Shown in pieces: positions 1 to 8,163 of a DNA stretch of 29,399 bases (positions within the stretch are counted from its first letter, which is position 1; the number at the start of each line of letters is the position of its first letter). Origin of the DNA: Thermoplasmata archaeon (GTDB lineage: Archaea > Thermoplasmatota > Thermoplasmata > Lutacidiplasmatales > UBA184); the NCBI GenBank assembly GCA_030044105.1, contig JASHWL010000104.1:1-29399 (forward strand), in the 5' to 3' direction. Under the pieces are notes generated by a model, which was not told the origin of the DNA, made no database searches, and saw nothing but the letters and a program-made list of their open reading frames with translations. Position numbers and translations under genes: made by a program.

Positions 1-179
1 CGGCGGCACTGGATGCAGCGCTTCGCCTCGAGCACCGCATCCTCCCGGGAGTACGCGTGGAGGACCTCCCGGAAGTCGGCCGTCCGGACCTCGGGCGGCT
101 CTTCCGGCACGGGCACCCGGACCGGGTTGAGCTTGGGCGGCACGACCTTGGGGGTCGGGGAGACGGCTTCCGGCGGCAT
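1..179 (-). CDS. N-terminus (partial, runs off window) of a GltD/SudA-like NAD(P)H-dependent Fe-S flavoprotein (glutamate synthase small-subunit-like)
   Basis: Not in the ORF track. Manual translation from ATG at 179: MPPEAVSPTPKVVPPKLNPVRVPVPEEPPEVRTADFREVLHAYSREDAVLEAKRCIQCRR. The R..DF.EV...EA.RC..C pattern is typical of the N-terminal Fe-S domain of GltD/SudA proteins. Confidence 0.75.
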   Translation of the reverse strand, partial: MPPEAVSPTPKVVPPKLNPVRVPVPEEPPEVRTADFREVLHAYSREDAVLEAKRCIQCR

Positions 180-205
180 CGGCGGCGAAACTAGCCCGCG
201 GAGCC

Positions 206-212
206 GATAAAG
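206..212 (-). promoter_or_regulatory. TATA-like box (CTTTATC) for the GltD-like gene, probably a leaderless transcript
   Basis: AT-rich island about 28-33 nt upstream of the ATG at 179 in a very GC-rich background. Confidence 0.4.
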
Positions 213-261
213 CGCTTCCGGCGCCGCCGGGCCCTCGGCCCCCGAACGCGGCCGCCGGCGA

Positions 262-275
262 GAGAAAACTATAGG
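262..275 (+). promoter_or_regulatory. BRE/TATA-like promoter of srp54
   Basis: Purine-rich GAGAAAA immediately followed by CTATAGG, about 50 nt upstream of the ATG at 325. Confidence 0.5.
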
Positions 276-324
276 TGGCTTCCCCCTCCCTAGACCGCCG
301 CCGGCCGAGCCGGCGGGGCGGACG

Positions 325-1665
325 ATGGTCCTCGACTCACTGGGGAAGTCGCTCCGGGGCGTTCTCCAGAAGATCGCCCGCGGGTCGACCGTGGATGCCG
401 CGCTCCTGGCGGAGGTCGTGCGGGACATCCAACGGGCCCTCCTGCAGGCCGACGTCAACGTCCAGCTCGCGCTCGAGCTCACCCAGCGCGTCCGGCAGCG
501 GGCCACGCAGGAGAAGCCGCCCGCCGGCGCCAGCCTGCGCGACTTCCTCATCCGCATCATCTACGAGGAGATCCGGGGCATCCTCGGCAAGGAGCGGCCG
601 TTCGAGCTGAAGCCGAAGCGGATCCTGCTCGCCGGCCTCTTCGGCCAGGGCAAGACCACCACGGCCGGGAAGCTCGCCCGCTACTTCCAGAAGCGCGGCG
701 TGCGGGTCGGCCTCGTCGCCGCGGACGTCCACCGGCCGGCCGCGATCGACCAGCTGGAGCAGCTGGCGAAGAAGGTCGGCGCCGAGTTCTACGCGAACCG
801 CACGGAGCGCCGGGCCGAGGTGATCGTGCGCGAGGCGCTCGCGAGGTTCCCGCCGCACCTCGCGGTGATCGTCGACACGGCCGGCCGGACCGGCATCGAT
901 CCCGAGCTGATCGCCGAGCTCCAGCGGATCCGGACCGCCCTCACCCCGGACGAGACGTTCCTGGTCGTCGACGCCGCGATGGGGCAGACCGCGGGCCGGA
1001 GCGCCGAGGCGTTCCACAAGGCGGTCGGACTCACCGGCGTCATCCTCACGAAGCTGGACGGCAGCGCGAAGGGCGGCGGCGCGCTCTCGGCCGTCGCGGT
1101 GAGCGGCGCCCCGATCGTCTTCATCGGCACGGGCGAGCACCTCGACGAGCTCGAGCACTTCGAGCCGACCCGGTTCGTCTCCCGGCTCCTGGGGATGGGC
1201 GACATCCAGACCCTGCTGGAGCGCTTCGAGGAGCTCTCCGACAAGGAGGCGGCCGAGAAGGCCGCGAAGAACCTGATGAGCGGCCGGTTCACGCTGCGGG
1301 ACATGCGCACCCAGCTCGCCTCGCTCGGCGAGATGGGGCCGTTCTCGAAGCTGATGTCGATGATCCCGGGCGTCGGGGCCGCGAAGATCGACGAGCAGCA
1401 GATGGACGCGACCCAGGTGAAGCTCCGACGCTTCCGCACGATCCTCGACTCGATGACCGGCGACGAGCTCGACGACCCGCAGGTCATCAAGGCGGACCGG
1501 GTCCACCGGATCGCCCGGGGCAGCGGCAACCGCACCCAGGAGGTACGCGCGCTCCTGAAGCACTACGAGGCGACGCGGAAGGCGGCCCACGGCCTCGCCT
1601 CCAACCGGCGGCTTAGGCGCCAGCTCGAGCGGCAGTTCAGCGGGGCCGAGGCCACGCCGGAATGA
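325..1665 (+). CDS. srp54: Signal recognition particle 54 kDa protein
   Basis: N domain (ALLQADVN), GTPase motifs G..G.GKTTT, DTAGR, TKLD, GTGE, and M domain (FTLRDM..QL...MGP..LMSMIPG, RIARGSG). 446 aa. Confidence 0.97.
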   Translation: MVLDSLGKSLRGVLQKIARGSTVDAALLAEVVRDIQRALLQADVNVQLALELTQRVRQRATQEKPPAGASLRDFLIRIIYEEIRGILGKERPFELKPKRILLAGLFGQGKTTTAGKLARYFQKRGVRVGLVAADVHRPAAIDQLEQLAKKVGAEFYANRTERRAEVIVREALARFPPHLAVIVDTAGRTGIDPELIAELQRIRTALTPDETFLVVDAAMGQTAGRSAEAFHKAVGLTGVILTKLDGSAKGGGALSAVAVSGAPIVFIGTGEHLDELEHFEPTRFVSRLLGMGDIQTLLERFEELSDKEAAEKAAKNLMSGRFTLRDMRTQLASLGEMGPFSKLMSMIPGVGAAKIDEQQMDATQVKLRRFRTILDSMTGDELDDPQVIKADRVHRIARGSGNRTQEVRALLKHYEATRKAAHGLASNRRLRRQLERQFSGAEATPE

Positions 1666-1681
1666 GACGGGGAGCCGTCCG

Positions 1682-2221
1682 ATGACCGCGGCCGTGTGGG
1701 AGGTCGTGGTCGGCGTCCCGCTGCTGTTCTTCGTCCCGGGGTACACGATCGCGAAGGCGACGTTCCCCGAGTGGCGGGTCCGCGGCCCGACCGCGCTCCG
1801 CCGCGCGCTCGAGATCGGTACCCTCGCGTTCGTGCTCAGTGTCGTGCTGACCGTCCTGGCCGGCGAGCTGCTGCTCGCGGCGGCGCCCGGGGGGTTCCAG
1901 GCGAACTGGACGGACCCGGTGCTCGAGTCGGTCCTGGCGGGGGTGGCGCTCGTCGGGCTCCTCGCCGGCTGGCTGCGCGGCGCGTACGCGCGTGCCGCCC
2001 CGACGCCTCCGGTGCCCGAGCCCGACGCCGGCGAGGAAGGGGCGTGGGAGCTGACGCGACGCCTCGAGGAGCTGGGCCGGGAGGAGCGGCGGCTCCGCCA
2101 CGACCTGCGGGTCTCGGACGCTCCCGAGGCCCAGCGCGCGGCGATCCGCGCGGAGATCGACCGGCTGGTGGGCGAGCAGGAGGCGCTCGGGCGGGAGCGG
2201 GAGGCGGCGTACGGTCGGTAG
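1682..2221 (+). CDS. DUF1616-like membrane protein with C-terminal charged coiled coil
   Basis: LLFFVPGY...FP followed by LE...L..VLSV hydrophobic segments resembles DUF1616. About three TM segments, then an E/R-rich helical tail. Confidence 0.6.
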   Translation: MTAAVWEVVVGVPLLFFVPGYTIAKATFPEWRVRGPTALRRALEIGTLAFVLSVVLTVLAGELLLAAAPGGFQANWTDPVLESVLAGVALVGLLAGWLRGAYARAAPTPPVPEPDAGEEGAWELTRRLEELGREERRLRHDLRVSDAPEAQRAAIRAEIDRLVGEQEALGREREAAYGR

Positions 2222-2246
2222 TCGGCGGGCGGCCGGGGAGGTCAAG

Positions 2247-2588
2247 ATGGTGGTCGTGGTCCGGGGCGAGATCCGGCTCACGACCGGCAAGATCGCCGTG
2301 CAGGTCGCCCACGCCGCGGTCCTGCTCGCGGAGCGGGCCGCCGTGCAGGAGCCGCGGGTGTACCACGAGTGGCGCCAGCAGGGACAGAAGAAGATCGCGC
2401 TGACGGTCGAGCGGCTCGAGGAGCTCGAGCGGATCGACCGGGCGGCCCGGGCCCGGGGGATCCTCACGGCGTGGGTGGAGGACGCGGGTCTCACCGAGGT
2501 GGCGCCCGGGACCCGGACCTGCCTCGGTCTCGGCCCCGCGCGGAATTCGGACCTCGATCCGATCACCGGAAGCCTGCCGCTCCTGTGA
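2247..2588 (+). CDS. pth2: Peptidyl-tRNA hydrolase, Pth2 type
   Basis: VVVVR...GK.A.QVAHAA, W...GQKKI, EDAGLTEV.PGT.TCLGLGP, D..TG.L.LL. Shine-Dalgarno-like GGAGGT upstream. Confidence 0.95.
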   Translation: MVVVVRGEIRLTTGKIAVQVAHAAVLLAERAAVQEPRVYHEWRQQGQKKIALTVERLEELERIDRAARARGILTAWVEDAGLTEVAPGTRTCLGLGPARNSDLDPITGSLPLL

Positions 2589-2635
2589 CCGGGCGGGGCT
2601 CCGGTCCCGTCACCGGATCGTGCGCGATTCGGGCG

Positions 2636-2643
2636 TATTTATA
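2636..2643 (+). promoter_or_regulatory. TATA box (TATTTATA) of dppB paralogue 1
   Basis: Consensus-like octamer starting 66 nt before the ATG at 2702. Confidence 0.6.
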
Positions 2644-2701
2644 GACGGGAAGGGCTCGACCGGACGCAGTTGACGGGCATCCGGTCGGGAGGGAGCGGGC
2701 G

Positions 2702-3928
2702 ATGAAGATGTGGGCGTACATCGTCCGGCGATTGCTGCTGATGGTGGTCATCATCATCGGCGTGATGACCGTCACCTTCGCGCTGGTCAGCGCGGTGCCC
2801 ATCCAGGACCGGCTCGCCTCGTACCTCGGGCCTCCGCCGAAGGGGACCCCCGGGGGGTACAGCCCCTACCTGACGCCGGGCGAGGGGGTGTGCCCGGCGA
2901 ACGCCACGTCGAACTGTCCGAACCCGTTCTACCAGTACGCGATCAATCGGCTCGGGCTCGGCGGCCCGGTCTACCTCCAGTGGGGGATCTGGATGTACGA
3001 CAGCTTCACGCTCAAATGGGGCTACGTCGCGAACCACAGCGAAGCGGCCGCGGCGTTTCCTCCGGCGGACGGCAAGCCGGTCCTCACCGTCCTCGGCTGG
3101 TTCCTGCCGTACTCGCTCGAGCTCGGCGTGGTCGCCCTGCTCGTCCTCTTCGCCTCCATTCCCCTCGGGATGTACGCCGCGCAGATGCGCAACCGGCCCG
3201 CGGACCAGGGGATCCGGGTGCTGTCGTTCTCCGGCCTCGCGTTCCCGGACTTCCTCTTAGGGACGATCCTGCTCCTCGCCGTGCTGCTGCTCTTCGGGGC
3301 GGCGAACCATTGGCAGTCGTACGGCTGTCCGGGGTACGGGACCCTCTTCGATGTCTACGGCTCGTGGCCACCCCCCGGGTGCTTCCCGGATGCCGTGGCG
3401 ACCAATTCCGGATATCCGGCGTGGCTGATCGGCGGCTACCTGAGCACGCCCACCGGATTCCCCACGATCGACGCCGCGATCCACGGCGACTACGTCCTCG
3501 CGCTCGACACGATCTTCCGAATGCTGCTGCCGGCGATCATCGTCGTGTACGACTCGATCGGCTTCCTGCTGCGCTTCGTGCGGAACAGCATGCTCGAGGT
3601 GATGAACCTCGACTTCGTCCGGACGGCGCGCGCGAACGGCCTGCCCGAGCAGGTCGTGCTCAAACGGCACGCCGGCCGGAACTCCTGGAACGTCACCCTG
3701 ACGGTGCTCGGGCTGACGATCGCGGGATTCTGGGCGGGGTTTCCGGTGATCGAGTCGATCTTCGGCCTGCACGGCGTCGGCTACATCCTCGCGGTCTCGG
3801 TGGCGCAGCCGATCGACTACGGCCTCACGTTCGGCTCGACGATCCTGTTCACGATCATCATCGTCCTCGCGAACCTCGTCGTCGACATCATGTACGCCTA
3901 CCTCGATCCGCGCGTCCGGCTCGGTTGA
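2702..3928 (+). CDS. dppB: Peptide/nickel ABC transporter permease, DppB/OppB type, paralogue 1
   Basis: N-terminal YIVRRLL...GV.T.TF, EAA-loop region RFVRNSMLEVMNLDFVRTARANGL, C-terminal VDIMYAYLDPRVR. 408 aa. Confidence 0.93.
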   Translation: MKMWAYIVRRLLLMVVIIIGVMTVTFALVSAVPIQDRLASYLGPPPKGTPGGYSPYLTPGEGVCPANATSNCPNPFYQYAINRLGLGGPVYLQWGIWMYDSFTLKWGYVANHSEAAAAFPPADGKPVLTVLGWFLPYSLELGVVALLVLFASIPLGMYAAQMRNRPADQGIRVLSFSGLAFPDFLLGTILLLAVLLLFGAANHWQSYGCPGYGTLFDVYGSWPPPGCFPDAVATNSGYPAWLIGGYLSTPTGFPTIDAAIHGDYVLALDTIFRMLLPAIIVVYDSIGFLLRFVRNSMLEVMNLDFVRTARANGLPEQVVLKRHAGRNSWNVTLTVLGLTIAGFWAGFPVIESIFGLHGVGYILAVSVAQPIDYGLTFGSTILFTIIIVLANLVVDIMYAYLDPRVRLG

Positions 3929-3992
3929 ACCGGCGCGATTTTCGCGCGGCACTCGGTAAGTAGTCCACCGGGTCCTCGCCGCTCGGGCCCCC

Positions 3993-4000
3993 TATATATA
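3993..4000 (+). promoter_or_regulatory. TATA box (TATATATA) of dppB2-dppC-dppD-dppF
   Basis: Perfect TATA octamer in the intergenic gap, starting 66 nt before the ATG at 4059. Confidence 0.65.
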
Positions 4001-4058
4001 GCGGCTCATGTCTCGGCATGGCTCGGCGGCCGGGAGACCGCCGAGGGGGGCGGCGGCG

Positions 4059-5285
4059 ATGCGGATGTGGACCTATGTGGTTCGCCGCCTCCTCCTCATC
4101 GTCCCGATCATCCTCGGCGTGATGACCATCACCTTCGTGCTGGTCAGCGCGCTCCCGCTCGACGAGCGGTTCACGGCGTACCTGGGAGTTCCCCCGAAGG
4201 GCCAGTCCTACGCCCCGACGCTCGCGCCGGGCCAAGGGGTCTGTCCGGCCAACGCGACGCAGAACTGTTCCAACCCGTACTACCATTATGCGCTGAACAA
4301 GCTCGGATTGAACCAAGGCGTCTGGGTGCAATGGGGCGTCTGGATGTACAATAGTCTCACGTTCAATTGGGGTCACGTCGGGAACGCGAGCGACGTGGTG
4401 GAGACCGTCTATCCCGAAGCGAAAGGACTGCCGGTCACCGAGGTCCTGGGCTGGTTCCTTCCCTATACCCTGGAGCTCGCGGCCTTATCGCTCGCGATCA
4501 TCATGGCCGTCGGCATCCCGCTCGGCAACCTGTCGGCCGTCTACCGGAACCGGCCGGTCGACCAGGCCTCCCGCGTGATGTCGTTCTCCGGGTTCGCGCT
4601 GCCGACGTTCCTCCTCGGGAGCTTAGTGCTCGCCGCGGTGCTGATCGGCTTAGGGTCCCTGAACGGCTACCACTCCTACTTCTGTAGCACCGGCACCACA
4701 TTCCAGGACTTCACGGGGTCCTGGCCACCGGCCTACTGTTACGCCTCGCCCGATCCGACCAATCTCGGGTATCCGAGTTGGCTCACCGCCGGCTACATCA
4801 GCCACCCGACGGGCTTCCCGACGATCGACGCGCTGATCCACGGCCAGTGGTCGCTCGCCGGGGACACGATCCTCCGCATGATCCTGCCGGCGCTCATCAT
4901 CGCCTACGGGACGATCGCGCTCCTGCTGCGGTTCGTCCGGAACAGCATGCTCGAGGTCATGAACCTCGACTTCGTCCGGACCGCGCGGGCGAAGGGCGTC
5001 CCGGAGCGGACCGTGGTGCGGCGCCACGCCGGGCGCAACTCCCTGAACGTCACGATCACGGTGCTGGGTCTGACGTTCGCGTCGTTCGTCGGCGGGTTCC
5101 CGGTCGTGGAGTACCTGTTCAACCTCCGCGGCGTCGGGCAGCTCCTCGCGTACTCGGTCATCACCCCCATCGACATCGGCCTGATCTTCGGGACCACGCT
5201 CCTGTTCACCTTCCTCGTGGTCGGGGCGAACCTGATCGTCGACGTGCTCTACGCGTATCTCGACCCGCGGGTGCGGCTGGGGTAG
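4059..5285 (+). CDS. dppB: Peptide/nickel ABC transporter permease, DppB/OppB type, paralogue 2
   Basis: Same motifs as paralogue 1 (RFVRNSMLEVMNLDFVRTARAKGV, YAYLDPRVRLG). Start placed at 4059 (MRMW) by alignment with MKMW of paralogue 1. 408 aa. Confidence 0.93.
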   Translation: MRMWTYVVRRLLLIVPIILGVMTITFVLVSALPLDERFTAYLGVPPKGQSYAPTLAPGQGVCPANATQNCSNPYYHYALNKLGLNQGVWVQWGVWMYNSLTFNWGHVGNASDVVETVYPEAKGLPVTEVLGWFLPYTLELAALSLAIIMAVGIPLGNLSAVYRNRPVDQASRVMSFSGFALPTFLLGSLVLAAVLIGLGSLNGYHSYFCSTGTTFQDFTGSWPPAYCYASPDPTNLGYPSWLTAGYISHPTGFPTIDALIHGQWSLAGDTILRMILPALIIAYGTIALLLRFVRNSMLEVMNLDFVRTARAKGVPERTVVRRHAGRNSLNVTITVLGLTFASFVGGFPVVEYLFNLRGVGQLLAYSVITPIDIGLIFGTTLLFTFLVVGANLIVDVLYAYLDPRVRLG

Positions 5286-5310
5286 CCGGACGGAGGCGGA
5301 GCGGAGAACG

Positions 5311-6450
5311 ATGAGCACGCCCGAGCCCGCCGCACCGGACGTCTACGAGACCTCCACACGGGGTCCGTCGTTCCGCCAGCGGATGGCCCCCCGGATCGCG
5401 CAGAGCAAGAGGACCTGGTACTTCCTGCGGCGGAACGGCCTCGCGATGGCGGGACTGATCATCCTGCTCCTGATCGCGGCGGTCGCGATCTATGCGCTCT
5501 CGACCCCGCTGTCGTACCAGTACATGACGGAGTACTGCGCGACGAACGGGGCCACGTGCCTGGTCTCGCCCTCCGTCTGCACCTACCCCCAGGGCACGGT
5601 GGCGCCGGGTCCCGGCTGCTACCAGACCCCGGCGGACTTCCCGTCGGTCATCGCGCCGACCTGGGCGAGCCTCACGCAGCCCGGGCCGTTACCGCTCGGT
5701 TCGCTGTCGGTCGATCCCCCGATCCAGTACTTCTACAACACCTATGACGGGCTGTTACGAGGCTCCGATTGGTCGATGCTGATCTCGCTCACGATCGTGG
5801 GCGCCGGCGCGACCATCGGGCTGTTCCTGGGGGCCGTCTCGGGCTACATGGGCGGCGTCGTCGACGAGGGCCTGATGCGGCTGGTCGACATCTTCCTCTC
5901 CATCCCCCAGCTCCTCTTCGTGATCGTCGTCGTGACCGTGCTGATCACGCTGTTACCGACGAGCGGGACCGATTTCGCCGCGCATATCTACCTCCTGATC
6001 GGCGGCTTCCTCGTGACTTGGTGGCCTTTCTATGCGAGGCTCGTGCGAGGTCAGGTCCTCGTCGTGCGGGAGCAGAAGTACGTCGAGGCGGCGCGCGCGA
6101 GCGGCGCGAGCCGGGGACGGATCATCCTCCGTCACATCGTCCCGAACAGCGTCTACCCCGTGTTCATCCAGATGTCGCTCGACGTCGGCACGATCCCGAT
6201 CATCATCGGCACGATCGTCTTCCTCGGTATCCGGATCTTCCCGTCGACCTACCTGCCCGAGTGGGGCACGATCGCCGCGCTCTCCGTGTTCGACCTGAGC
6301 GCGTTCTGGAATTCCTGTCAGATCGCCGCCTGCGTCATCCCGTGGTGGCAGCTCCTGTTCCCCGGGCTCGCCCTGTTCCTGTTCGCGATCAGCGTGAACT
6401 TCCTCGCCGACGGGCTCCGGGACGCCCTGGACCCCCGGCTGCGGAGGTAG
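5311..6450 (+). CDS. dppC: Peptide/nickel ABC transporter permease, DppC/OppC type
   Basis: GAVSGYMGG.VDEGLMRLVDIFLSIP, EAA motif YVEAARASGAS..RII.RHI.PN, terminal N.LADGLRDALDPR. Confidence 0.93.
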   Translation: MSTPEPAAPDVYETSTRGPSFRQRMAPRIAQSKRTWYFLRRNGLAMAGLIILLLIAAVAIYALSTPLSYQYMTEYCATNGATCLVSPSVCTYPQGTVAPGPGCYQTPADFPSVIAPTWASLTQPGPLPLGSLSVDPPIQYFYNTYDGLLRGSDWSMLISLTIVGAGATIGLFLGAVSGYMGGVVDEGLMRLVDIFLSIPQLLFVIVVVTVLITLLPTSGTDFAAHIYLLIGGFLVTWWPFYARLVRGQVLVVREQKYVEAARASGASRGRIILRHIVPNSVYPVFIQMSLDVGTIPIIIGTIVFLGIRIFPSTYLPEWGTIAALSVFDLSAFWNSCQIAACVIPWWQLLFPGLALFLFAISVNFLADGLRDALDPRLRR

Positions 6451-6455
6451 GCCTC

Positions 6456-8156
6456 GTGGCAGCGGCGGCCCCCCGGACCTCTTCGTCGTCGGCCCCGGCG
6501 GACGACAGCCCAGCCCTCGATGCCTCGGCGCTCGAAACGGTCGCGGACCCGAGCCGACCGGACGCCGATCCGATCGTGCTCAACGTCCGCGAGCTCCGGA
6601 CCTACTTCTACACCTACGACGGCGTCGTGAAGGCGCTCGACGGCGTCACGTTCAAGCTGCGGAAGGGAGAGACGCTGGGCCTCGTCGGGGAGACGGGCTG
6701 CGGGAAGAGCGTCACGTCGTTCTCGATCACGCGCCTCATCCCGGACCCTCCTGGCCGCATCATGTCCGGGAGCGTCCTGTTCCGGGGGGCGGACGTGCTC
6801 TGGGACCTGGAACGCGAGGCGAAGTTCAAGCCGATCGGCGACACCGGGCGGGTCAAGATCAAGCGCTCGTTCCGCCGCATCCGCGCGGCGACCGAGCGCA
6901 TGTCCGCGATCCGCGGGGGCGGCATCTCGATGATCTTCCAGGAGCCGTCCCAGGCGATGAACCCGATCTTCTCGATCTCCGACCAGGTCTCGGAGGCGCT
7001 CCTGCTCCACCGGGGTCAGGAGGTCGTGCAGCACCTGCTCGACGCCGACGAGGGCAAGGTCGCCGCCCGCGTCGCCTCCCGGGGCGCAGGGAACGCTCCG
7101 CCCCTCGAGGGGTCTCCCCCGGAAGAGTCCGCGACGACCCTGGACGCGGCGATCGATCGGCTCGTCGTCGCGGCCCGGACGTCGGACCGGCCGGGGGCGC
7201 TGGCCGCGGCGGCCGACATCGGCCGGCTCGCCGGCATCCGGACGATCGGGACCGAGTGCTACTACACCGCCCGGGATGCCGGCGCCACGCTGTCGGAGTC
7301 CGGCGCCGAGGTCCGCAAGCGGTTCGCGCGCCTCAAGCTCTCGCCGCTCCAGCGCAGCTACCTCCGCCGCGAGAAGAAGCGAATGGAGCTGGTCACGAAG
7401 CTCAACCAGGTCTACCTCGACGAGATGCGGGCCCGGTCGCCGCGGGGCCGCGAGCGGCGCTCCATCGGCCGGAAGATCCGGGCGCTGCGGTGGAGGACGT
7501 TCTACTTCGGCCTCTGGGGCATCCGGAGCCACGTCAAGAAACCCCTCACCAACGAGGCGTTCTGGGAGACGGTGCAGCTGCTCGAGGGCGTCGCGATCGC
7601 GAACCCGGCGCGGGTCGCGCGCGGCTACCCCCACGAGCTGTCGGGCGGCATGATCCAGCGCGTGATGATCGCGATGGCGCTCTCGGCGGACCCGGACGTG
7701 CTCATCGCGGACGAGCCGACCACGGCCCTCGACGTCACGATCCAGGCGCAGATCCTGGAGATGATGCGCCAGCTCAAGCACCGGGTCGGGACGGCGATCC
7801 TCCTGATCACCCACGACCTCGCGGTGATCGCGGAGGTCGCGGACCGGGTGTGCGTCATGTACGCCGGCGTGATCGTCGAGACGGCGCCCGTCCAGGAGCT
7901 CTTCCGGCGGCCGCTGCACCCGTACTCGCAGGGCCTCCTCTCCTCGATCCCGCGGGTGGACGAGCCCTCGAAGCGGCTCGCGTCGATCCCCGGGGCGGTG
8001 CCGAACCTGATCACCCCGCCGACCGGGTGCCGCTTCCACCCTCGCTGTCCGTACGCGATGCCGATCTGCAAGGAGACCCGGCCGCCGACGACGGTCGAGG
8101 GAGAGGGTCACACCGTCGCCTGCTATTTATACAAGGGTCCCGTCGCCGTGAACTAG
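6456..8156 (+). CDS. dppD: Peptide ABC transporter ATP-binding protein DppD/OppD with large internal insertion
   Basis: Walker [10 protein letters not shown]-loop FQEP, signature LSGGMIQR, Walker [13 protein letters not shown]-loop ITHD, C-terminal [10 protein letters not shown] Cys cluster. GTG start at 6456 follows GGAGGT. 566 aa. Confidence 0.9.
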   Translation: MAAAAPRTSSSSAPADDSPALDASALETVADPSRPDADPIVLNVRELRTYFYTYDGVVKALDGVTFKLRKGETLGLVGETGCGKSVTSFSITRLIPDPPGRIMSGSVLFRGADVLWDLEREAKFKPIGDTGRVKIKRSFRRIRAATERMSAIRGGGISMIFQEPSQAMNPIFSISDQVSEALLLHRGQEVVQHLLDADEGKVAARVASRGAGNAPPLEGSPPEESATTLDAAIDRLVVAARTSDRPGALAAAADIGRLAGIRTIGTECYYTARDAGATLSESGAEVRKRFARLKLSPLQRSYLRREKKRMELVTKLNQVYLDEMRARSPRGRERRSIGRKIRALRWRTFYFGLWGIRSHVKKPLTNEAFWETVQLLEGVAIANPARVARGYPHELSGGMIQRVMIAMALSADPDVLIADEPTTALDVTIQAQILEMMRQLKHRVGTAILLITHDLAVIAEVADRVCVMYAGVIVETAPVQELFRRPLHPYSQGLLSSIPRVDEPSKRLASIPGAVPNLITPPTGCRFHPRCPYAMPICKETRPPTTVEGEGHTVACYLYKGPVAVN

Positions 8157-8163
8157 GAGAGCC

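Noticed and set aside
2657-2687. Inverted repeat CGACCGGA...TCCGGTCG near the dppB1 TSS, and a weaker CGGCGG...CCGCCG in the dppB2 leader
   Set aside because: The two share no sequence and short GC hairpins are frequent by chance here; no shared operator could be supported.
2702-5285. Identical 1227-nt length of both dppB genes as a sign of very recent duplication
   Set aside because: The alignment shows compensating indels and substantial divergence, so the duplication is old and the equal length is partly coincidental.
5769-6455. Upstream extension of DppD in the ORF track; likewise 4008 for dppB2, 13822 for lig, 16368 for csl4, 9180 for the membrane protein and 25368 for S2P
   Set aside because: These overlap neighbouring genes or promoters; downstream starts have Shine-Dalgarno or alignment support.
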